From a virus, in IMG/VR virus record IMGVR_UViG_3300042893_001581, positions 1-64,000 of that record: a DNA stretch of 64,000 bases; one strand, given 5' to 3'. Shown here in pieces: positions 37,861 through 46,716 of the stretch (positions are counted from its first letter, which is position 1; each line of letters opens with the position of its first letter). A program made the translations under genes and the position numbers. The notes below the pieces were generated by a model. It saw nothing but the letters and a program-made list of their open reading frames with translations. It was not told the DNA's origin and searched no databases.

Positions 37861-39120
37861 TTATAAGTTAGAAATGTCTACAATCCAAATATTAGGATCT
37901 TCTCCATTATTAACTAATCCAGAAAGTCTTGTATTACCAGCTAGAAGATCATAATCAGAATTAGAAAATTTGACTGCTATTGGCATTTCTATTTGACCTT
38001 TTTTAAACGCAGATTGGAATCTTTGTTTTTTTTCTTTTTCTAGACTATTAAAATTTAAGTCTACATTTCCAAGGACATCTTTTATTTTAGAGTATTTTGT
38101 TATATATCCTTTTTTAGATATCTTCTCCCAATTATCTTTACCTATTTTTTTAAGTTCTGGATATCGAATTGCTTCTTCCCATTCTACATTAAAATTAGGT
38201 TTAGAATATTTAACCTCATTTATTCTAAATTTACTTAATATATCTTTTGTTTTATTAATATCTTTATGCATTACTGCAATACCACCTAGTGTTTTCCATG
38301 GAGCTAGATTTGTCCAATAGTCATCTATCAATATAGATTTTTTTGGGTCAGTTATCATCTTTAAATGCTTATTTCCGGACTCGGCGAATATAACTTCTTT
38401 TGGTTGTGGACTTAAATTATCTTTAATCCATTCTAATTTACCTTCTTCAGCATATTCAAATTGACCAGGACTAGTTAAGATTATAGGATTATATTTACCT
38501 ATTATAGACCATAGTTCTTGGCCTCCAGGCATCCATTGCATTTTACTCCAGTATGTAATACCTACTTCGTCTACTGCTTTAGTTAGGTACTCATTTGCTT
38601 TTTCTGGTTTATATTGTTTTCTGTATTCTGAGGGGGACATGTTATAAAAATATTCAAACCTTGCATCAAAGTCGCATAGAACTCCATCCATATCACAATA
38701 GATTTGAATACCACTATTACTTTCTACTTCATATATTTGTTTAAGAGTAGGAAGAAAAGACTCATAAATAAGATCATTAGTCTTACCATAATCTCTCATC
38801 ATTATACCTGCCAAAGCATTAGCTTGATTTTCTATATTAGAACCAGTTTCTCCAGCATTATTATATAATTTACCAAGCTCATTTTGTCTATGGTGAACTA
38901 ATTCATGGCATAAGGTTCTAAGTATATCTGCTAGGTTTCTATTACCTATATAAACGTCTAAGTGTCTTTTATTTGGATCATATTGTCCAAAGCTTCTTTT
39001 TTCAGTAGCCCATTCACGATCATTTATAAAACTAGTTGTAGGAAGCTTATCTATATCAAGTTTGCTTTTTACAAACTGTATAAAATCCTCTATTATATAT
39101 TGTCTTTGTTCTAGTGTCAT
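37861..39120 (-). CDS. Tri-domain protein: HExxH metallopeptidase-like, HAD 5'(3')-nucleotidase-like and ParB/Srx-like
   Basis: RTLCHELVH; YCDMDGVLCDF...ILTSP...ILIDD; PIAVK...YDLLAGNTRL. Confidence 0.7.
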   Translation of the reverse strand: MTLEQRQYIIEDFIQFVKSKLDIDKLPTTSFINDREWATEKRSFGQYDPNKRHLDVYIGNRNLADILRTLCHELVHHRQNELGKLYNNAGETGSNIENQANALAGIMMRDYGKTNDLIYESFLPTLKQIYEVESNSGIQIYCDMDGVLCDFDARFEYFYNMSPSEYRKQYKPEKANEYLTKAVDEVGITYWSKMQWMPGGQELWSIIGKYNPIILTSPGQFEYAEEGKLEWIKDNLSPQPKEVIFAESGNKHLKMITDPKKSILIDDYWTNLAPWKTLGGIAVMHKDINKTKDILSKFRINEVKYSKPNFNVEWEEAIRYPELKKIGKDNWEKISKKGYITKYSKIKDVLGNVDLNFNSLEKEKKQRFQSAFKKGQIEMPIAVKFSNSDYDLLAGNTRLSGLVNNGEDPNIWIVDISNL

Positions 39121-39707
39121 TTCATTATTTTCAATAGTCTTCCAAAGACATCTTTAGCTACTCCCTTATTATATGCTGAGTCTGGGATGAATTTAACAAA
39201 CTCTTCAAAATTGCCGGCTTTAATTGTATCTCTCATTTGAGTTGCAGATATTCTACCAAATTGATCTGGTATAGTTTCTTTTCTAACTCTATTAGGAAAT
39301 CTTTTTTGTATAGAATCAAAGTATCCAATATCTTCAACTTCTTCGGCCCCGCCTGCAACATATACTGGATCAACATCAGGATTCTCTGCCATGAACGCAA
39401 AGATGTCTTTTATTGGTGTAGACTCTTTAGATATTGATACATCTATTTTAGGATTTGGTTCTGCTTTAAGATACTCTTGCCAAATATAAAGAGAATCTTC
39501 AGGAGTTATACCATACTTAGTAACATTAGATATAATAACATATACTTTATTAATATAATTTAAAGATGCTAAATACTTTGTAGCTTCGAAATGTCCTTTG
39601 TGAGGAGGCTTAAATTTACCAGGATAAAAACAAGGTCCTACATCTGGTGATGCTTCTCTTAGTATATCTTCTGCTATTTGTCTTCCTAGTTGTTCGAAAT
39701 TAATCAT
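39117..39707 (-). CDS. HxGH nucleotidyltransferase (cytidylyltransferase-like/NMNAT superfamily)
   Basis: FYPGKFKPPHKGH and ISATQMR motifs; leader ...EDILRE. Confidence 0.8.
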   Translation of the reverse strand: MINFEQLGRQIAEDILREASPDVGPCFYPGKFKPPHKGHFEATKYLASLNYINKVYVIISNVTKYGITPEDSLYIWQEYLKAEPNPKIDVSISKESTPIKDIFAFMAENPDVDPVYVAGGAEEVEDIGYFDSIQKRFPNRVRKETIPDQFGRISATQMRDTIKAGNFEEFVKFIPDSAYNKGVAKDVFGRLLKIMK

Positions 39708-40492
39708 GGTGTAATAAATGATTTTGCTTTAGACACAACACTTTCAGTACTATCGTCTTTTAGAGACTCAACTTGTTTTTCTATATCTTCAAACTGTCCA
39801 GCTAAGATATCTATTTGTTTATCAACTAGCTCTTTAGATTTTGCTATTTCTTCAGGAGATTTTTGTTTAGTAGGATCTTTTTTAAATGTAGACTTAAATT
39901 GACCAGAAGATAATAGTTCAGAAAAGAATTCTTTTAGCTTTCCAGAATTATACGCCTTCATAAATGCGCCAACCATCTTCTGTTCTGCAGGACTAACCTC
40001 TGATTGTACTAATAAAAAGTTATCTCCAAACATACTTTTATATGTAGAGATATTTTTATATACATTATTCCAACTTGATAATACTCCAACAGTTGGTACC
40101 TTTCTTTCTCTCTTAAAGTTCCTCAAAAAACTTACAACCGGATTGGTATAAACCATGATCATCATTATGTCATAGCCTGAGGATTCTATATTCTTTACTC
40201 TGTCTACATTTGTTCCTGTAGTATCATAAAGAAAATTCTTACCACTTTTTATAGTATTAGGTAGATCAACCTTCTCTATATAACTAGACGCCTTACCTAA
40301 ACTGTTATACATAGGACTATCTTTATCTTCTACATACTTGTCAGCATTAAGTTCTTGCCAGCCTGATTTTTCAAGGTCCGGTCTAAGTTGCCTAACTATA
40401 TTAGATTTGCCTGCTCCGGCTCCGCCGGCCATGACAATAGCCTTATTACCATTTTCAGGTTGTTCTTTCAATAAATCTAGTAGCTTAATCAT
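39704..40492 (-). CDS. P-loop kinase (zeta toxin/AAA_33-like) with MIKLLDLLKE leader
   Basis: MAGGAGAGKS, NAD, YDTTG, RNFKRERKVP. Confidence 0.75.
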   Translation of the reverse strand: MIKLLDLLKEQPENGNKAIVMAGGAGAGKSNIVRQLRPDLEKSGWQELNADKYVEDKDSPMYNSLGKASSYIEKVDLPNTIKSGKNFLYDTTGTNVDRVKNIESSGYDIMMIMVYTNPVVSFLRNFKRERKVPTVGVLSSWNNVYKNISTYKSMFGDNFLLVQSEVSPAEQKMVGAFMKAYNSGKLKEFFSELLSSGQFKSTFKKDPTKQKSPEEIAKSKELVDKQIDILAGQFEDIEKQVESLKDDSTESVVSKAKSFITP

Positions 40493-40506
40493 ACTACCAA
40501 TAAATA

Positions 40507-41301
40507 TTAATCTGTAAGTTTAACAGTATTAGGAAGAGTAAGTAATTCAATTTCAGTCTCCGGGTGCATAATCTTGTAAGTTTCATAGGTATGTAAGAAC
40601 ATATTGAAGTACTCGTCTACTGTCTTCTTTCCTTCAATTATTTCCCATCCTGCACCTTGCATTTTTTTGCCTGCCTTATCTGGCCCTCTCTTTGTAGATT
40701 TAAGCCATACGATACCGTTACGATCCACTTTTTGGAGGTATTTCTCTTCATAAGCTTTAGTGTAGGCTGACATTTGTAAGTGGTGGCTTTCATGAACTGC
40801 GTTTGAGGTTTTAATATCTAGAAGCCATTTTTCTCCATTGATATCTACCAATAGATCTAGGGTTCCAGAATACTTATGTGTATCACTAAACATGAATTCT
40901 TCTGACAATAAAAGGGTTGGCTTATATGTTGTCCAGAAGTCTGTGAATCCTAAAATCATCTTCCATACATGAGTATGATAGTTAACCTTGCCATCAGGTT
41001 CAATCCATCTAATCTCTTCATTTTTTAAGAATTTCTCTACTGCGTTGTGTACTTGAGTTCCTTCATCACCGGCGCGACGCATAACAATATCAGCATTATG
41101 CCCCATGTCTTTAATCCACGTTTCAAAAAAAGCACCTTTAGGAAAGTAGCCTAGGATAGTAGTAACAGAGGGATAGAAAACACCAGGAGATCTTTGATAA
41201 TACCTTGAATCATGTAAAGTAATTTGTCTAAGCTCAGGATCTGTCTCAACGATTCTTTTTAAGAACTTATCTCTATAGACATTCTTGTTTTGTTCAATCA
41301 T
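40507..41301 (-). CDS. PD-(D/E)xK exonuclease (Cas4/RecB-like)
   Basis: YPSVTTIL, GTQVH, YSGTLDL, LLDIKTS, QMSAY. Confidence 0.85.
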   Translation of the reverse strand: MIEQNKNVYRDKFLKRIVETDPELRQITLHDSRYYQRSPGVFYPSVTTILGYFPKGAFFETWIKDMGHNADIVMRRAGDEGTQVHNAVEKFLKNEEIRWIEPDGKVNYHTHVWKMILGFTDFWTTYKPTLLLSEEFMFSDTHKYSGTLDLLVDINGEKWLLDIKTSNAVHESHHLQMSAYTKAYEEKYLQKVDRNGIVWLKSTKRGPDKAGKKMQGAGWEIIEGKKTVDEYFNMFLHTYETYKIMHPETEIELLTLPNTVKLTD

Positions 41302-42227
41302 ATTAGTTGTATTTTTTTGAGAAGCAGGTCTCCGAAAGACATTGGCTTCGCAGTGTGTAATAACTTGGTCATATTATTAAAACCAAGGTCAGAAGGATCT
41401 TTACCTTCTAATTCTATTAAATAAACTTCTTTACCAAGATTAAGAAGATTTTGTGAATAATTGAGAGCTTCTTTAAGAGCATCTTTATCTAATGCTAAAT
41501 ATACTGTTTTTACTTCAGATTCTACTAATTTCATCATGAGTGACTGAGGTATAGTCTTTCCAAATAATGGAATAGCATTACGTTTAATTGCAATGGCATC
41601 AAAAATACCTTCACATAATATAATAGGAATAGACCAATTAACAAAGTACTCTAGGCCTATAAGTTCTGTTTTATTACAACTTGGAGCATCATATTTACGA
41701 GCAGGATCTGGTTCAAATGATCTGGCTATAAAATAGTTTATATTGCCATTTTTGTCATAAGACGGCACTATGATTCTATTTCTATATCTACCCGTCTTAC
41801 AATACCCAATATTGTACTTTTGTATGTCTTGAATAGAAATGTTTCTTTTCTTTAGATAAGTCAAAGCATGTCTACACTCAAGAGATTTATCTGGGTTATA
41901 TAACGAAAGAAACTCTTCTGGCAGGGTTACCTTATTTGATTTAGTAGTATCAATCTTAGTATTATCTCCTTGAAAGTAATTCTTCATCTCAAGAATCTTT
42001 TCAGTAGGAGCGTCTACTTTTTTTAATAGCGATACCGGTGTTTTACCTTTAGTAGCAGGATGACAAGTCCAACAATTATATTGTCCAGACTTAATATTCA
42101 CTATCAACTTAGGATTATGATGCTTACAAACTGGGCAATAGAATGCATAATCCATAGTGGTTTTAGAACCTTTTCCTTTGCCAAGAACTGTTTCTAATAA
42201 TCCTAATACGAGTAACTCTTTGTCCAT
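41298..42227 (-). CDS. dnaG: DNA primase (zinc finger plus TOPRIM)
   Basis: CPVC...CWTC, YLKKR, RIIVP, YFIAR, LCEGIFDA, LALDKDA, KDP. Confidence 0.88.
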   Translation of the reverse strand: MDKELLVLGLLETVLGKGKGSKTTMDYAFYCPVCKHHNPKLIVNIKSGQYNCWTCHPATKGKTPVSLLKKVDAPTEKILEMKNYFQGDNTKIDTTKSNKVTLPEEFLSLYNPDKSLECRHALTYLKKRNISIQDIQKYNIGYCKTGRYRNRIIVPSYDKNGNINYFIARSFEPDPARKYDAPSCNKTELIGLEYFVNWSIPIILCEGIFDAIAIKRNAIPLFGKTIPQSLMMKLVESEVKTVYLALDKDALKEALNYSQNLLNLGKEVYLIELEGKDPSDLGFNNMTKLLHTAKPMSFGDLLLKKIQLI

Positions 42228-42231
42228 TTAT

Positions 42232-42265
42232 CAAATATAAGACAAAAAAATGACATAAAAAAATA
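42232..42265 (-). promoter_or_regulatory. Bacteroidota-type promoter (TATATTTG) for primase
   Basis: Minus strand ...TTTTTATGTCATTTTTTTGTCTTATATTTGATAAATG matches the TAnnTTTG -7 element 4 nt before the ATG. Confidence 0.55.
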
Positions 42266-42276
42266 TTTATTAAAAA

Positions 42277-42311
42277 AAATTTTTCTGTTTCAAATATTTG
42301 TTGTATATTAG
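42277..42311 (+). promoter_or_regulatory. Putative early promoter for the rightward arm
   Basis: AAATTTTTCTGTTTCAAATATTTGTTGTATATTAG, a near copy of the motif at 29023-29057 on the minus strand. Confidence 0.6.
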
Positions 42312-42321
42312 TAAAACTAAT

Positions 42322-42517
42322 GTCGTATACTCAGGCTCTATGCCATAGCTTGGTTAAATTCCATGAGTGAGTTTTAGAATGAGTAAGCTATACGACTACC
42401 AGGAGTAAAGACTAATATATGCTTCAGGTATACAAAAATAATTGGTAGTGAAAGCCTAAAATAATATCGGCCATATCCGACGGTTTAGTCCGCTAAAGGG
42501 TTTTAGATATAAGCTAC
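42322..42517 (+). ncRNA. Candidate structured ncRNA or 5' leader (unknown family)
   Basis: No long ORF, relatively GC-rich. Nested inverted repeats GTCGTATA/TATACGAC, TACC-GGAGTA/TGCTTC-GGTA, and CTAAAA/TTTTAG enclosing TCGG/CCGA and TTTAG/CTAAA. Confidence 0.4.
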
Positions 42518-42578
42518 AGATGAAAAACAAAGTCAATTACACTCTAAAAAAAGGATAAATACCTTTAAACTAGCTATT

Positions 42579-42746
42579 ATGCAAGCAGAAGATTTTCAAA
42601 TAGATGGAGATAAATTAACAGAAGAGCAATTAGATGCACTATATATTTATTTATCAATGACATTTGATACTATGAAAGATGAAGAAAAAAGCATGTGGTA
42701 TGAAATTATGCAAAAAATAGATAAAGAATTTTATGAACAAGATTAA
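42579..42746 (+). CDS. Small acidic hypothetical protein (55 aa, not in ORF track)
   Basis: MQAEDFQIDGDKLTEEQLDALYIYLSMTF...EFYEQD; overlaps the next start. Confidence 0.6.
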   Translation: MQAEDFQIDGDKLTEEQLDALYIYLSMTFDTMKDEEKSMWYEIMQKIDKEFYEQD

Positions 42747-43053
42747 ATTATTAATATTAGAAGGTTGTAGTAAGTGCCAAAAATTAAAACAGGAATTAAA
42801 TAATAACTATATTGATTACGAATATGAAGTTTGTAAATCGGATACGGAAATTTGTGATTCTATTGAAGATTTAACAGGCTGTTCTAACTATCCTATAGTA
42901 TTAAAAATGTTAAATGCTTCTATTATAGAAGAGATAATCTATGTAGCAAATACATATGAAGATATAAGTAAAAAAATTATTTTTAATAATAAAGTTAAAG
43001 GCAAAGCATTTCACTCTATAGATCAATTGATAGAGTACACAATAAAGTTGTAA
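42733..43053 (+). CDS. Glutaredoxin-like protein
   Basis: GCSKC motif near the N-terminus; TG...YP.V. Confidence 0.7.
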   Translation: MNKIKLLILEGCSKCQKLKQELNNNYIDYEYEVCKSDTEICDSIEDLTGCSNYPIVLKMLNASIIEEIIYVANTYEDISKKIIFNNKVKGKAFHSIDQLIEYTIKL

Positions 43054-43062
43054 ATTTATAGT

Positions 43063-43239
43063 ATGAAATACAAACAATTAATATTAAGGAAAATATTCGA
43101 ATTAAACAATTTAATAAATTCCCAAAGAGCTTTAGTATCCACTTCTAGACCTCAAGATGAAATCAATTCTCATTTAGATAAAATAAAATATAAAATAGAA
43201 GAAATTGAAGTCTTGATAAATAGTGAAAATGAATTCTAA
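43063..43239 (+). CDS. Small hypothetical protein (58 aa, not in ORF track)
   Basis: MKYKQLILRKIFELNNLINSQ...INSENEF fills the gap between flanking genes. Confidence 0.6.
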   Translation: MKYKQLILRKIFELNNLINSQRALVSTSRPQDEINSHLDKIKYKIEEIEVLINSENEF

Positions 43240-43251
43240 ATAAAATAAGTT

Positions 43252-43881
43252 ATGAAAAAGTTAAGCATTGAACAAATGGCTGATAATTTAGCCAAGTTTT
43301 ATTCTTTAATTGATAAATATATTTCTGGTCCTAGGAAAGATAAGCTTCTTGAAATGTATAAAGATATTGAAGAGACTTTAGCTACTTCTCCTGCCTCTAC
43401 TAAAATAAGTCATCACAATGCATTTGCTGGTGGTTATTTAGATCATGTTAACAGAGTTACTGAGGCAGCTTTGGTATTTGAAAAGGTTTGGGATAAGTTT
43501 GGCCAGAGTAAAAATTATACAACAGAAGAGTTAGCTTTCTCAGCACTTAATCACGATCTTGGTAAACTAGGTACAAATGATGAACCAGTTTATATTCCTA
43601 ACCAATCACAATGGCACAGGGAAAATCAAGGTCTTATGTTCAATTACAACCCTGCTATACCTCATATGAGAATTGCAGAAAGAAGTTTATTCGTACTTCA
43701 GAAGTATGGTATTCAGGTTTCAGAAAACGAGTTCTTAGCTATCAGACTCCATGATGGTTTGTATGAAGAAGCAAATAAGCAGTATTATATTACCTACAAT
43801 AAAGATACAGAATTGAGGTCTAATATAGCTTATATATTGCATCAAGCAGATTTGATGGCTAGTAAAATTGAATCAAATTAA
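43252..43881 (+). CDS. HD-domain phosphohydrolase (YhaM-like HD)
   Basis: PAS...HHNAFAGGYLDH, LNHDLGK, AIRLHDG, LHQAD. Confidence 0.85.
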   Translation: MKKLSIEQMADNLAKFYSLIDKYISGPRKDKLLEMYKDIEETLATSPASTKISHHNAFAGGYLDHVNRVTEAALVFEKVWDKFGQSKNYTTEELAFSALNHDLGKLGTNDEPVYIPNQSQWHRENQGLMFNYNPAIPHMRIAERSLFVLQKYGIQVSENEFLAIRLHDGLYEEANKQYYITYNKDTELRSNIAYILHQADLMASKIESN

Positions 43882-43893
43882 AATTAATATATT

Positions 43894-44166
43894 ATGACAA
43901 CAGGAATTATAGCCATTATAGTTTGGATTTTATCCATTATAGGATACGTAGTTTGGAATTTATTTCAAAAAAATAGAAAGTTAGAATCTATGGTTGTTAG
44001 ACAACAAGTGTTTATTGGCAATATTAAAGAGTGTATGAAAGAGATAAATACTTGTGCCAATGAAATTGATTCTAAATTATGGATTCAATCTGATCCTGAG
44101 TTTTTAAGTCTTATGGAAAATGTTAAACAGATGCAGACTAGAATTAACGAATTTATAGAAGAATAA
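43894..44166 (+). CDS. Small single-pass membrane protein
   Basis: N-terminal hydrophobic helix followed by a coiled coil. Confidence 0.6.
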   Translation: MTTGIIAIIVWILSIIGYVVWNLFQKNRKLESMVVRQQVFIGNIKECMKEINTCANEIDSKLWIQSDPEFLSLMENVKQMQTRINEFIEE

Positions 44167-44167
44167 T

Positions 44168-44920
44168 ATGAGTGATATACTATTGAATGAGGAAGAGGTG
44201 TTACTAACTAAGAAAGGAGATCCTAGAAAAAGAAAGCCAAAAACAAAAAATAATTACTTTACTTCTGAAACGGAAGAGGCTATTCTAAGGTATAGGTCTA
44301 CAAAAAATCAAGACGAAAGAAATAGGATTTACAATCAAGACATTCACTACGGGTTTTATAAACTAGTAGAGAATATCATTCATACATTTAAGTTCTATTA
44401 TACTGAGGTCGATAATATAGAAGATCTTAAGTATGAAGTAATATCATTTCTTTTGCAAAAATTAGACCTTTACGATCAGTCTAAAGGTAAGGCATTTTCT
44501 TATTTTGGTACAATTGCCAAAAGGTATTTGATTATATATAACCAAAAGAATTACAAGAAACTTGTAGCAAAATCAGAGATTGGCGAACAAAGTGATGACA
44601 ACGCCCTTCTAAATAGCATCCTTGTTAAAGAACCAGAACCAGAGCTAGATAAGCTAGACGTGGTCGAGCTTTTTATCAAATATGTAGATGACAATTTATT
44701 AGAGCTATTTGACAAAACAGAGGAGCTAAAGGTCGCTGATGCTATCCTAGAGATATTCAAGAAAAGGGAAAATATAGACATTTTTAATAAAAAGGCTGTT
44801 TTTATCTATGTTAAAGAGATGGCAGACACTCAGTCAAATACCATTACAAAGGTAATTAAAAAGCTAAAAACTATCTACAAAACTATCCTTAATCAGTATC
44901 TTGAAAACAATGACTATTAA
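44168..44920 (+). CDS. Putative late-transcription sigma factor (T4 gp55-like)
   Basis: NNYFT...KLVENII...EDL...LDLYDQSKGKAFSYFGTIAKRYLI resembles sigma region 2 of gp55-type factors. Confidence 0.65.
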   Translation: MSDILLNEEEVLLTKKGDPRKRKPKTKNNYFTSETEEAILRYRSTKNQDERNRIYNQDIHYGFYKLVENIIHTFKFYYTEVDNIEDLKYEVISFLLQKLDLYDQSKGKAFSYFGTIAKRYLIIYNQKNYKKLVAKSEIGEQSDDNALLNSILVKEPEPELDKLDVVELFIKYVDDNLLELFDKTEELKVADAILEIFKKRENIDIFNKKAVFIYVKEMADTQSNTITKVIKKLKTIYKTILNQYLENNDY

Positions 44921-44938
44921 TATTTATTCTAAAAAGTC

Positions 44939-45301
44939 ATGGAACTTGATAAGGAAATATTCAAAGGGAAAACTATTGCCAATCTTGTAGAAGAGGTATA
45001 CGATAAGCAGAAAAATCAAGATTCTACAATCAAACATGAGATCATGAGGCTTGCCGATATGATTGAAACTCCTGGTGATGCTATTGTAGTTGTACCTTTA
45101 CTTAAAGGATTTATAGACTCTAGTTTAAAGAATGACGAGGTTCTTCTTAAACTACTTAATCTTTTCCAAAAAGCTGCTGAAAGTAAAAAGGCTGGTGATG
45201 CCGATGATTCTGGCGTTCTTACTGAAAAGGATATTGAACAGCTATTTTCTGAGGTTTCTAATATTGTAATTAAAGACCCTAAACAACTACCTAGCGTATA
45301 A
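44939..45301 (+). CDS. Hypothetical helical protein (terminase small subunit candidate)
   Basis: Late promoter motif at 44920-44927; 120-aa helical ORF; function is a guess. Confidence 0.3.
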   Translation: MELDKEIFKGKTIANLVEEVYDKQKNQDSTIKHEIMRLADMIETPGDAIVVVPLLKGFIDSSLKNDEVLLKLLNLFQKAAESKKAGDADDSGVLTEKDIEQLFSEVSNIVIKDPKQLPSV

Positions 45302-46266
45302 TGGCATATACATTTGGACCAAAATTTGATTCTGATTTAGGATTTTCAAAAGGGCAATACTTCCAAATTGGAAGGGTTAAGTCTGTTGTATTAGGGCCAA
45401 ACACACCCGCAGGTAAAAAAGATCTTAATTATAAATCTCCATCTGATATAGGAGCTATAAAATTTGAATTACTATATTCTCCTTATTCAACTTCAAAATC
45501 AAAAGAAGTATCTGAACCAGCACATCCAATATGGTATTTTATTAAACAGATTCCCTTAGTAAACGAAATAGTTTTAATTATTGTTGGCCCTTCTATAAAA
45601 TTAAATGATGGTGCAACAAAACAACAGTATTATTATATGCCAGCTTATGGTATGTGGAAAAATCCAAACCATAATGCATTTCCAAATATGCAAGAATGGG
45701 CAGAATATCTAAATAGTTCTGCTAATAAGCCAGGATATTCAGGTAATGCTACTAAAAGTAAACCACTTCCTTTAGGATATACTTTTGAAGAAAATCCAGA
45801 AATAAAAGATCTACAACCTTTTGAAGGAGACACCATTATTCAAGCTAGGTTTGGTCAATCTATTAGATTTGGAAGTACAGTTTCTGTATTAAGTAATGAA
45901 AATACTTGGTCAAAAAATTCACCCACTTTAGCAAAACTTAATGAAACTACAGAGATTTCAAAAAAAACAAAAAATGGAGATCCAATAACTATTATAACAA
46001 ATAGACAAGGAGATAGAGTTGTTAGAAATAAATTTGATTCTATAGTTGAAGATATAAATAAAGATGGATCCTCAATATATTTAACAAGTACTCAAGAAAT
46101 AAATATACCAGATCTAATAAACTTTCCATTAAAATCATTTGTAGTTAGAAGAAACTTAACAGACAATAGAAACCCTATTGTAGATTCAACTTTAAAAATA
46201 AATACTAAACCAGTATCTAATCAATTTACATCAGCTGTAGATCAAGATAAAAAATCTAACGGATAA
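45301..46266 (+). CDS. Baseplate hub/spike protein N-terminal part (gp5/VgrG OB-fold-like)
   Basis: GRVKSV...GAIKF...PLVNEIVLI OB-fold pattern; FEGDTIIQARFGQSIRFGS. Confidence 0.5.
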   Translation: MAYTFGPKFDSDLGFSKGQYFQIGRVKSVVLGPNTPAGKKDLNYKSPSDIGAIKFELLYSPYSTSKSKEVSEPAHPIWYFIKQIPLVNEIVLIIVGPSIKLNDGATKQQYYYMPAYGMWKNPNHNAFPNMQEWAEYLNSSANKPGYSGNATKSKPLPLGYTFEENPEIKDLQPFEGDTIIQARFGQSIRFGSTVSVLSNENTWSKNSPTLAKLNETTEISKKTKNGDPITIITNRQGDRVVRNKFDSIVEDINKDGSSIYLTSTQEINIPDLINFPLKSFVVRRNLTDNRNPIVDSTLKINTKPVSNQFTSAVDQDKKSNG

Positions 46267-46715
46267 TGGCAATAACTCCAACATATAAACCAGATTTTCC
46301 ATATAAGGGTGATCAAATAATATTATCATCTGATAGAGTATTATTACATTCTAAAAATGATTCTATATTTTTATTTGGTAAACAAGCCGTATCATTATCT
46401 TCTACTAAAACTATAAACTTAGATGCTAATGATAAAGTTTTAATTTATACTAATAAAATAGAATTAGGCAATGATGCTGAAGCATTAGGTGAACCTTTAG
46501 TTTTAGGAAGGACTCTTAATACACAACTAACAATTTTACTATCAGTATTAAAAAGTGTTGGAGATCAGCTTTCAAATGTTTCTGAATCTAATCTAGGAGC
46601 CAGTATGGGAATAATTGCTGGTGCTGGCCAAGCTATTTCTCAAGAAGCAGAAAGACTTAGAGGTTTTTTAGTTGGTGAATCACAAATATTATCTAAAAGA
46701 ACATATACTAGATAA
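46266..46715 (+). CDS. Baseplate spike C-terminal-like protein
   Basis: GDQIILSSDRVLL beta repeats; IELG...EPLVLG. Confidence 0.45.
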   Translation: MAITPTYKPDFPYKGDQIILSSDRVLLHSKNDSIFLFGKQAVSLSSTKTINLDANDKVLIYTNKIELGNDAEALGEPLVLGRTLNTQLTILLSVLKSVGDQLSNVSESNLGASMGIIAGAGQAISQEAERLRGFLVGESQILSKRTYTR

Positions 46716-46716
46716 T

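Noticed and set aside
42228-42578. tRNA genes in the intergenic region
   Set aside because: No cloverleaf with a T-loop GTTC motif and acceptor stem could be identified.
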